Positions 14,072 through 25,330 of a stretch of 64,000 nucleotides of DNA are shown here, one piece after another (position 1 is the first letter of the stretch; each line of letters begins with the position of its first letter). The notes under the pieces were generated by a model that saw nothing but the letters and a program-made list of their open reading frames with translations, searched no databases and was not told the origin of the DNA. Source of the DNA: Octopus sinensis (lineage: Eukaryota); assembly GCF_006345805.1 (NCBI RefSeq), contig NC_042998.1, positions 114,080,001 to 114,144,000 of the forward strand, read 5' to 3'. The position numbers were made by a program, and so were the translations under genes.

Positions 14072-14730
14072 ATATACATATATATATATATATATATAAA
14101 TATATACACACACACATATATATATATATATTTATTTTATCTAGTTTCAGCTCACGAGCTATGGCCATGCTGGGGCACCGCCATTTATATATATATATAC
14201 ATATATATATATGTATATACAAATATATATACACACACGCATATATATATATATATATATAAATATGTAAGTAACTAATGTGTATACATGTGCGTGTGTA
14301 TATTAGTGTAGAGTTATATATTGTAGGAAGTCTATATACGTTGATGTAATAAAAGAGAGTTTTCGCCTCGTGCTAACTCTGTAACGGAGATGCAATTAAC
14401 AGTCTAAGAAAATGTAACCTGTCCCCGCACAAATCACCAGATATAAAGCACGCACGTACATATACACTATACACATACAGGCCTACATACATGCATACGT
14501 ATGTATACATGCATATATATAGAAATATAGTGCATCTGCATGTCTGTCTTTCTTCTTCTTCTTCTTCTTCTTCTTCTTCTCTCTTCTTCTTCTTCTTCTC
14601 TTCTTCTTCTTCTTCTTCTTTCTTCTCTTCTTCTTCTTCTTTCTTCTTCTTCTTCTTCAACCTCCTCTTCGTCGTCGTCTTGCTTTTCGTCTCTCACTTT
14701 CTCTGTATATATGTATGTATATATATATAT

Positions 14731-14773
<43 letters not shown>

Positions 14774-14854
14774 TGTATGTGTAGAAATATATATATATAC
14801 TGTATGTGTAGAAATATATATATATATGTATGTATGTATGTATGTATACGCATG

Positions 14855-14887
<33 letters not shown>

Positions 14888-14903
14888 ATATACATATATA
14901 TAC

Positions 14904-14942
<39 letters not shown>

Positions 14943-14995
14943 CATATATATACATACATATATATATATATATACTATATATATAATATATATAT

Positions 14996-15035
<40 letters not shown>

Positions 15036-15640
15036 TATATATGTATATTCAAGCACACGTACTACATACTTATGAATATTTGCACACATATGTATATACA
15101 TATAAAGGGAAAAACACACACGTACTTGCACGCGTGCAGACAATAACATACACTTACACACATCCGCTTACACACACACACACACACACGCACATGCACA
15201 CACACACAGACACACACACACACACTATATTTATATATGTATATGTGTGTGTGTATGTATGTATACACAAGACATTAATGAGTCTGTGGTGTATTTGTAT
15301 ATTTGTGCCCGTATAGAAAACGAGAATTACCATGAATATTTACGTGTGAAGTGGGAGGAAAATGCATGTAAACAAACAAACATATGTACCATACATACAG
15401 CAGTAAAACATACACACACACACTCACGCACGCACGCACACAACACACACTCACATATGTGATGTGTCTATGTATATACATACATACAAAGATATATGTG
15501 CATGTGTGTGTGCGTGTGTGTAGGCATATACCTAGCTAAAAATATGCACACGTACGTACCTATATATATAGTAAATTTACTTTAGACGCCAAGATGGTAT
15601 TAATGATTGTAAATAGATATTTTATAAATTTCCTTTTTTC

Positions 15641-15695
<55 letters not shown>

Positions 15696-15913
15696 AGGGT
15701 GTGCGTCTGTGTGTGTGTCTGTGTGTGTGCGCGTGTGCGTGTGTGGGTGTATGTGTGGGTGTGTGTGCGTATGCGTAATAATAGAAGCCAGATACGTAGA
15801 AAGAATACACATATTATATATACGTATGGACATATATGTATAAATATATATACATATATAGAGCAGAAATATGTTACATAAAGAATATATATATATATAT
15901 ATATATAGTTATA

Positions 15914-15953
<40 letters not shown>

Positions 15954-15973
15954 GTATACATATATATATATGC

Positions 15974-16060
<87 letters not shown>

Positions 16061-16743
16061 ATATACATATATATATATATATATATTATATATAATATAT
16101 ACACACACACATATATATATATATATTTATTTTATCTAGTTTCAGCTCACGAGCTATGGCCATGCTGGGGCACCGCCATTTATATATATATACATATATA
16201 TATATGTATATACAAATATATATACACACACGCATATATATATATATATATAAATATGTAAGTAACTAATGTGTATACATGTGCGTGTGTATATTAGTGT
16301 AGAGTTATATATGTAGGAAGTCTATATACGTTGATGTAATAAAAGAGAGTTTTCGCCTCGTGCTAACTCTGTAACGGAGATGCAATTAACAGTCTAAGAA
16401 AATGTAACCTGTCCCCGCACAAATCACCAGATATAAAGCACGCACGTACATATACACTATACACATACAGGCCTACATACATGCATACGTATGTATACAT
16501 GCATATATATAGAAATATAGTGCATCTGCATGTCTGTCTTTCTTCTTCTTCTTCTTCTTCTTCTTCTTCTCTCTTCTTCTTCTTCTTCTCTCTTCTTCTT
16601 CTTCTTCTTCTCTTCTTCTTCTTCTTCTTCTTTCTTCTCTTCTTCTTCTTCTTTCTTCTTCTTCTTCTTCAACCTCCTCTTCGTCGTCGTCTTGCTTTTC
16701 GTCTCTCACTTTCTCTGTATATATGTATGTATATATATATATT

Positions 16744-16786
<43 letters not shown>

Positions 16787-16867
16787 TGTATGTGTAGAAA
16801 TATATATATATACTGTATGTGTAGAAATATATATATATATGTATGTATGTATGTATGTATACGCATG

Positions 16868-16900
<33 letters not shown>

Positions 16901-16916
16901 ATATACATATATATAC

Positions 16917-16955
<39 letters not shown>

Positions 16956-17008
16956 CATATATATACATACATATATATATATATATACTATATATATAAT
17001 ATATATAT

Positions 17009-17048
<40 letters not shown>

Positions 17049-17200
17049 TATATATGTATATTCAAGCACACGTACTACATACTTATGAATATTTGCACAC
17101 ATATGTATATACATATAAAGGGAAAAACACACACGTACTTGCACGCGTGCAGACAATAACATACACTTACACACATCCGCTTACACACACACACACACAC
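13195..17200. repeat. Tandem duplication of a ~2-kb microsatellite-rich unit
   Basis: Unique blocks recur at offsets of 1980-2013 bp (13279/15259, 14141/16136, 15051/17064). Breakpoints lie in (CA)n. Confidence 0.9.
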
Positions 17201-17422
17201 ACACATACACACTCATACACACTCACAGTAAATAAAGAAGATGGTCTCCGTGAATGCAGTTGCAAATAAAGAATATGACACTTACAGATATACGTAGAGA
17301 TTTAGGCTTTGTAATATTTCTAGTGAAGTAATGAAACAATGTACTGATTATACTCACACGCACCCCTCACACAAGCACACACAAACTACATACGTTCTTG
17401 TAGGCACATGTGTCTGTAAGGA

Positions 17423-17458
<36 letters not shown>

Positions 17459-18538
17459 CACAGAATCACACATACAATCTCACGCAAGCGTTTATATGCA
17501 TACACGCATGCAAGCATGTATATGTGCTGGGGAATATGTAATAGTGAAACGCTAATGAAACAAATCACATCTCAAGAGATTGAGATATGTTTCTTGTATA
17601 ATGAGAAATATTTCATTTTGTCTGAGATTTAAAAAAAAAATATGAACCACGCGCACATATTCATAGGTTTGTGCATACGCACACGTACTCATGCACACAC
17701 ATTCACACACACAGACACAAACACACACACACACATACACACTTGTATGTATGTGTGCATAATAAATATATATGTAAATATGAATACACACATGCACGCG
17801 CACATACATACATACCTACATACATTCATACATACGTACGTACATACTTACATATGTACATACATACATACATACATACATACATACATACATACAAAAT
17901 ACATACATACATGCATACATACATAACAGTATATGTATGAGAAGACGTGCAAAAAAGAAACGCAAATATCTGCACCTATACATACATACAAACGTATATA
18001 CATGCATGCGTAGATATATACAAAAATACCCTACTGTTAATGTTGAAATTCCAATGAAGGAGCCCTGGATCAAGTTTAGAAACCAGATCTTTCTCTGTTG
18101 GCAAGAAATCTTGGAAGAAAACTGAGTAATGGCACACACATACATACACACTCACACACACATGCACACACACACATATATATGTGTATATAATAACCAT
18201 CTATATATTTACATGTATTGTTACTGCGTCGGTTATGACGACGAGTGTTCTGTCTCATCCTCTCAACACGGAGCAGCCTGCTCGTGAAATCGTGTATGTG
18301 GTTGAGCACTCGAGAAGCATGCGTGCCCTTAGCGTAGTTCTCAGGGGGATTCAGCGTGTCACACTATGTCACAAAGCTGGTCGTTTGAGTTACGAGTACA
18401 ACACATTTTTGAGTGGAATACGTGTCTTCCTTTAAGACACAACGCTAATTATTCTGCAAGCTCACCGACTTGTATATGTATACATTAATGTCTTTGTATA
18501 CACACACGCACACACATACACACACTCACATACACACA

Positions 18539-18569
<31 letters not shown>

Positions 18570-18581
<12 letters not shown>

Positions 18582-19115
18582 GCACACACATAGACGCATA
18601 CATACATGTACAGGCACACAGACGAGTAAGTGAAGAAAAGGAAGGAAAATAGCACTGCATACATGTATTTGGATTTGTATGTATTTAACTTAGCGCCATA
18701 TTATACGAAATTTGGATTTGACAGAGTGCACCACATCTTTTGAAAGTGCTTGGTCACGTCCTAAGTCTAGGAAACTGTAAGTGATGTGATGAGTCTATCT
18801 GTTGCTGAAGTGTATATATATAAAAATACACACACACACCACACACACACACAGAGGCACACACATAGACGCATACATACATGTACAGGCACACAGACGA
18901 GTAAGTGAAGAAAAGGAAGGAAAATAGCACTGCAGACATGTATTTGGATTTGTATGTATTTAACTTAGCGCCATATTATACGAAATTTGGATTTGACAGA
19001 GTGCACCACATCTTTTGAAAGTGCTTGGTCACGTCCTAAGTCTAGGAAACTGTAAGTGATGTGATGAGTCTATCTGTTGCTGAAGTGTATATATATAAAA
19101 ATACACACACACACA
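18570..19115. repeat. Tandem duplication of a ~275-bp unit
   Basis: gaggcacacacatagacg... at 18579 and 18854. Breakpoints lie in (CA)n. Confidence 0.9.
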
Positions 19116-19339
19116 CACACATGTATGTATGTATGTATGTATGTATGTATGTATGTATGTATGTATGTATGTATGTATGTATGTATGCATGCATGCATAT
19201 GTGTGTGTGTGTGCGTGTATAAATATATATATGTATATTTGTTGTGTGTATGTATATATATATATATGTATACACAGATACAAATATACATATATCTGTA
19301 TGAATATTCATGCACATATATTATATACGAATGAATATT

Positions 19340-19397
<58 letters not shown>

Positions 19398-19431
19398 TGT
19401 ATGTATGCATGTATATACGCACACGCACATA

Positions 19432-20276
19432 TACTAGGGGAGGTAAAAAATTATCCGCACTTTAGCATCTTTATTATTTGCATAGTATCCTTGTGCACAT
19501 ACATGTTCATAGTTGCTACTATTGTGGTCACGAGATCGAAGTTTGAACCTGATGGCGCTATTTTCCTTTCTGGCTTTACAGAGTAAGCATGACCGCTCCA
19601 CTAGCAATATGCACCAAATAAAGAGTAAAGAGCAGTGATCCAATTTCTCTGATCCATCACTTTGAGGCAGAATCCAAAAGACAGTAAGAAGTGGAAACAG
19701 CCTGGCTTGCCAGCGAGCAAGAAATTCAAGACTCAGTCTTCCAAGGAAAAGGTGATGTTAATCCTTCTTTACGACTGAAAAGAGCCTATACTGGAAGACT
19801 ACCTGGAAAAGGAGTGTACGATCAACAGTACAAGATAGTTCTTTGCAGCCCACACTCTAAACGCCGAAGCCTATTGTCGAAGAAAGTTTTGTTGTTGCAT
19901 GACAATGCACGCTAACACGCAGCCGCCCAGACCGTTGAAACCATTAACCAATTGGGTTTTGAGGTGCCGGAATATCCGGCCTACAGCCCAGATTTCGCCC
20001 CTTTCGACTATCATATCTTTGGACCATTCAAAAATGGTTTACAAGGTCATCGATTTCCTGCGTATGAAGATGTGAAAGGAGCGGTGGATAAATGGTTGCA
20101 CGACCAACCGAAAGGCTTCTTCTTGGAGGGAATACACAAACTTGTGGATCGATGGAGGTAGTGCGTCGAAAAGGAAGGAGACTATATAGAAAAATGACGT
20201 ACTTGTTTATCCTCTGCTTTTGTGTAAATACATTGGAAAAACAAGAGTGCATATAATTTTTGACTCTCCCTCGTGA
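19432..20276 (+). mobile_element. Decayed, internally deleted mariner (DD34D-type) transposon
   Basis: TIRs (ggggaggtaaaaaattatccgcact / agtgcatataatttttgactctccctcgt). Transposase remnants LLHDNAR and [28 protein letters not shown]...[24 protein letters not shown]. Confidence 0.9.
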
Positions 20277-20296
20277 TAATATATATATATATTTGT

Positions 20297-20334
<38 letters not shown>

Positions 20335-20430
20335 TATACATATATATATACATTTATATATACACACATATATATATATATGTATATATGTATATATATA
20401 TATTTACATGTATATATATGTATATATATA

Positions 20431-20487
<57 letters not shown>

Positions 20488-20495
20488 TATATATA

Positions 20496-20538
<43 letters not shown>

Positions 20539-21239
20539 CGAGCTACATATGTTCATAATTATAACTAATTTTTGTGTCTGTATCTCCATGTTTCCGTTTG
20601 CGTATGATATCTTTCTTTATATACTTCATTGAGAGCATATGTTTGACGGGCGTGCTGTGTGTATGTGTGTGTGTGTTAGTGTGTGTGTGTGTGTGTGTGT
20701 GGTGTGTGTGTGTGTGTGTGTAGGAGAGCCTTTGTGTTACCTATTGTACTCTTTATAAGTCCTTTTGTTCTCTTGGTTTCGTAGCTTATTTTGTTTAATT
20801 AGCAAAAAATTATAGTATTAAAAAGCGGGGATTATACTTTAGCAATGATTAGCTGTATTCTCTGCTGTCACACTGGTCACTGATTACAGGTGTGCTCTTT
20901 TGGTGTTGTCAATACACATTAAAATGATCTCTTCTGTGTCTCTCTCTCTTCGTCTCCCTATGTGTGGATGGGTGTAAATGTGTCTGTGTATGGGTGTGTG
21001 AACCTTTGCGTGTGCGTGTGTGCGCGTGTATCTTTGTGCGTGCGTATGTGTAGAGTTTTTATTTAGCTTATATTTAACAAGCAAAATGTCACAAAAGCAA
21101 ATCAAGGTCTGAGAGTTTAGTTCATATATGTATATATTTATAGACACATGTATATGCATATATACCTATGCTTATAAATATATCACATTTGTGCGTGTGA
21201 GAGTGTGTGTATGTGTGATTGCCTTTACATACTTACACA

Positions 21240-21277
<38 letters not shown>

Positions 21278-21427
21278 CATAAAAATGTATACATATATAC
21301 GCATATAATCCCTATATACATTTATGGGTGCAATAAAATTTTTTATACAAATATGTATAGTTTTTTTGGGAAAAAAAATTAGGGTATTAAAACAAAATGA
21401 TTCACCCCAGAAACAAAAAATATATAT

Positions 21428-21590
21428 AGGCGCAGGCGTAGCTATGTGGTAAGAATCTTGCTTCCCAACCACATGGCTCTGGGTTCAGTCCCATTGCGTG
21501 GTGCCTTGGGCAAGTGTCTTCTACTATAGCCTCGGACCGACCAGAACCTTGTGAGTGAATTTGGTGGAGGGAAACTGAAAGAAACCCGTC

Positions 21591-21645
<55 letters not shown>

Positions 21646-22258
21646 ACAAGATAAGGGCAAAAGAAAAATTCCAATGCCAAATATGCCGAAAAAAAGACAA
21701 AAATTGTCAATAACCAATTGTCAATATTTTTTGATATGCTGGCCATTGATAAAATTTTTTTCCCGAAAAAAATTTTATCCTACGTTAGTTATAAATTGAA
21801 TAGTGTTCACTTCCGGATTCTCTCACTCTGTGAAAGTTTCTAGTTCGAATCACACGTGAATCGAGATGTGCCGAAGATTTTCCATTTTGGATATATTTGG
21901 GGTACTTAGATATGCTCAGGACTTAGTACTTGCTTTTTCCATGGGTATGAGTAAGTATTTCACTTATATCTCACGCATTTATCGCTGGAGAGGGGAAAAT
22001 TCGAATGAATTAACCACAAAATTGGGACCAATACGGTAATAACGGATTTTTTAGAAATTTCTATCGGTTTGTTTCGAGACGCATAAATTATAATGGTTAT
22101 TGACAAATTTTGTCTTTTTTTCGGAATATTTGGCATTAGAATTTTTCTTTTGCCCTTATCTTGTAAATTATTTCTAAATTTAAACTTTAAAGGTATTTTT
22201 TGATATGCTGGCCATTGATAAAATTTTTTTCCCGAAAAAAATTTTATCCTACATTAGT

Positions 22259-22322
<64 letters not shown>

Positions 22323-22505
22323 GTCTGTGTGTGTCTGTGCTTGACCCCTATCAACGCTTGACAATCGATGTTGGTGTGTTTAAGTCCCCGTAACTTAGCG
22401 GTTCGGCATAAGAAACCGATAGAATAAGTCCTGGGGTCGATTTGTTCGACGGAAGGCGGTACTCCATCATTGCTGCAGTAAAATGACTGAAACAAGTGAA
22501 AGAAT
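21428..22505 (+). mobile_element. SINE S2 (tRNA-like head 21428-21592; 3' half ~22320-22505) split by an insertion in its internal (TA)n
   Basis: A-box-like tagctatgtgg and B-box-like ggttcagtcc. The 3' half matches the 4238-4700 arms. Confidence 0.75.
21640..22262. mobile_element. 469-bp-period element with an inverted 5' segment, inserted in (TA)n
   Basis: Direct repeat 21725-21792 / 22194-22261 (offset 469). 21640-21715 is the reverse complement of 22095-22170. Confidence 0.8.
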
Positions 22506-23294
22506 AAAAGAATATATTTATAAATGTATAAATGTATGTGTTTGGGTGTACACACACACTTAAGTACAGCCATGCTGTATGGACGTGTAAGGATATGTAT
22601 TGATGTCTTCTTAATCTCAAGTAGTTCATGTTCCCAAAACCTACAATTAAGTGAATCACCAAATCTAATGTCGCTAGTTAGAATGCTCACTTACATAGAT
22701 TAAATAATTTATATCAATTCATCCGTATAAAAAGTTATTCACATAACAGTATATCTTTCGTAAGATTTCTAATTGGAAAACGTTTTTGTTTGTCATAAAA
22801 TTTTGCGTATATGCGTGAACGTAGACAAAGAATAAGAAAAATGCATGGATAAATGCAGTCAAATATATGAAGATGTACTTATGCTTATAAACATATACTG
22901 TATGAAATCAATACTGCTTGTACATATACATATACACCGTGAAGCATACACAAATATACAAAAAGAAAAAGACACAAACATAGGAACAAAAACAAGGTGT
23001 ATTCGTTTGACGGCGAAGAAAAGTGGAAAAATCTTGAAGTTTCAAGCCTACGCTCATCGACAGAAAGAAATTGGGAAATTAAAAAAAGCTGTGATAGAAA
23101 AGTAAATGTGCCCGTATTAACGGTTCCCCATGTCGAATATGTATACACCCCCAAACACACACACACAAATATGTGATCGGTTTGAAAAATTGTTAATATA
23201 TTACCTACATGAAACAAATGGTAGCCTTAATACAGAAATAAAGAAATTCTATCCACCAATGTTGGGTTGAGAACTCCTCTCGTTCGCCATTTAC

Positions 23295-23336
<42 letters not shown>

Positions 23337-23474
23337 GAGGCATTATACATACATGCCAGAAGGCATTATACATACAAGCCACACGCTAAGAGGGACAATT
23401 AGTCATTTCTACCAAAAATATTACTAATCCCACCGAATGCAATTTTTCAAAGTAAGACATTTAAAAAATATATA

Positions 23475-23520
23475 GACCTGTATCACAGTGATTTCATACT
23501 TACGTATTCATCAGCAGGCC
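23475..23520 (-). ncRNA. Type I hammerhead ribozyme
   Basis: Reverse complement reads GGCCTG-CTGATGA-ATAC GTAA GTAT-GAA-ATCAC T GTGAT-A-CAGGTC. Confidence 0.9.
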
Positions 23521-24178
23521 TGAATGTATTATAAATAAACAACGACCCTGCCCCGCTTAAGCCGATCAGCTAACTGATCAACATCAACGAAGCACATGGG
23601 TGAGTTTACATATATTACATCCGGATAAATGGCAAACTTTTACGAATTGCATTTCGGGAGAGGAAAAGTTTTTTCGGAATAAAAATTTAGCAATTAAGGA
23701 CAACTACTTAATAAGGAAAACTTAACAAGAAATTGTCAGGCAGATAGCGTGAAAACCTCATAAGAGAAAAAATTTCGAAAATAATTATTTCTTATTGAAC
23801 ATATTAATTTATATATAGAGGGCATTATACATACATGCCAGAAGGCATTATACATACAAGCCACACGCTAAGAGGGACAATTAGTCATTTCTACCAAAAA
23901 TATTACTAATCCCACCGAATGCAATTTTTCAAAGTAAGACATTTAAAAAATACTATCTGCCTGACAATTTCTTGTTAAGTTTTCCTTATTAAGTAGTTGT
24001 CCTTAATTGCTAAATTTTTATTCCGAAAAACTTTTCCTCTCCCGAAATGCAATTCGTAAAAGTTTGCCATTTATCCGGATGTAATATATGTAAACTCACC
24101 CATGTGCTTCGTTGATGTTGATCAGTTAGCTGATCGGCTTAAGCGGGGCAGGGTCGTTGTTTATTTATAATACATTCA

Positions 24179-24224
24179 GGCCTGCTGATGAATACGTAAG
24201 TATGAAATCACTGTGATACAGGTC
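24179..24224 (+). ncRNA. Type I hammerhead ribozyme; predicted cleavage 3' of A24218 (AUA)
   Basis: Stem I GGCCTG/CAGGTC, core CTGATGA, stem II ATAC/GTAT with GTAA loop, GAA, palindromic stem III ATCACTGTGAT. Confidence 0.9.
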
Positions 24225-24658
24225 TATATATTTTTTAAATGTCTTACTTTGAAAAATTCCATTCGGTGGGATTAGTAATATTTTTGGTAGAAATGACTAA
24301 TTGTCCCTCTTAGCGTGTGGCTTGTATGTATAATGCCTTCTGGAATGTATGTATAATGCCCTCTATATATAAATTAATATGTTCAATAAGAAATAATTAT
24401 TTTCGAAATTTTTTCTCTTATGAGGTTTTCACGCTATCTGCCTGACAATTTCTTGTTAAGTTTTCCTTATTAAGTAGTTGTCCTTAATTGCTAAATTTTT
24501 ATTCCGAAAAACTTTTCCTCTCCCGAAATGCAATTCGTAAAAGTTTGCCATTTATCCGGATGTAATATATGTAAACTCACCCATGTGCTTCGTTGATGTT
24601 GATCAGTAGCTGATCGGCTTAAGCGGGGCAGGGTCGTTGTTTATTTATAATACATTCA

Positions 24659-24704
24659 GGCCTGCTGATGAATACGTAAGTATGAAATCACTGTGATACA
24701 GGTC
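24659..24704 (+). ncRNA. Type I hammerhead ribozyme; predicted cleavage 3' of A24698
   Basis: Identical to 24179-24224, 480 nt downstream. Confidence 0.9.
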
Positions 24705-24970
24705 TATATATTTTTTAAATGTCTTACTTTGAAAAATTCCATTCGGTGGGATTAGTAATATTTTTGGTAGAAATGACTAATTGTCCCTCTTAGCGTGTGG
24801 CTTGTATGTATAATGCCTTCTGGCATGTATGTATAATGCCCTCTATATATAAATTAATATGTTCAATAAGAAATAATTATTTTCGAAATTTTTTCTCTTA
24901 TGAGGTTTTCACGCTATCTGCCTGACAATTTCTTGTTAAGTTTTCCTTATTAAGTAGTTGTCCTTAATTG

Positions 24971-25026
<56 letters not shown>

Positions 25027-25330
25027 TATATATATGTGTGTGTGTGTGTATGTATATCTTAAAGGAAAAGGGTAAGAAAACCAAGGCTCTTTCTTGTAAT
25101 ATATATCCTTGCCAACTCGGAAGCCTCCTACCGATCCCTAGCTTCATGCTCACCTGGGAGCTTGAACCCAAACGGATGACCAATCATAGCACTTACGCAG
25201 CGTACCTATTGGTCATCATATTCTCTCTCTCCATATATATATACGTTTCGGCCAGTATTGGCCCAGGCTATGTCTAACTTAATAGCATCCACAGGCGAAG
25301 TCATTCAAATCAGGAATCGGACAACTTGGC

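Larger units (their letters stand above)
23334..24972. mobile_element. Retrozyme-like array 1: ~480-bp hammerhead-containing unit; left arm 23334-23952 (ribozyme sense minus), right arm 23953-24972 (sense plus)
   Basis: Unit period 480-482 bp, three canonical hammerheads, (TA)n at both ends, no ORF. Confidence 0.88.

Noticed and set aside
23334-24972. Interpretation as CRISPR array or simple satellite
   Set aside because: No repeat-spacer alternation. The context is eukaryotic. Ribozymes, inversion and defined termini are not explained by a plain satellite.
25242-25267. Hammerhead-like remnant in the LINE 3' region (minus: CTG-GGCC aatact GGCC-GAA-ACGT-A)
   Set aside because: Lacks four core nucleotides (ATGA) and has no convincing stem I.
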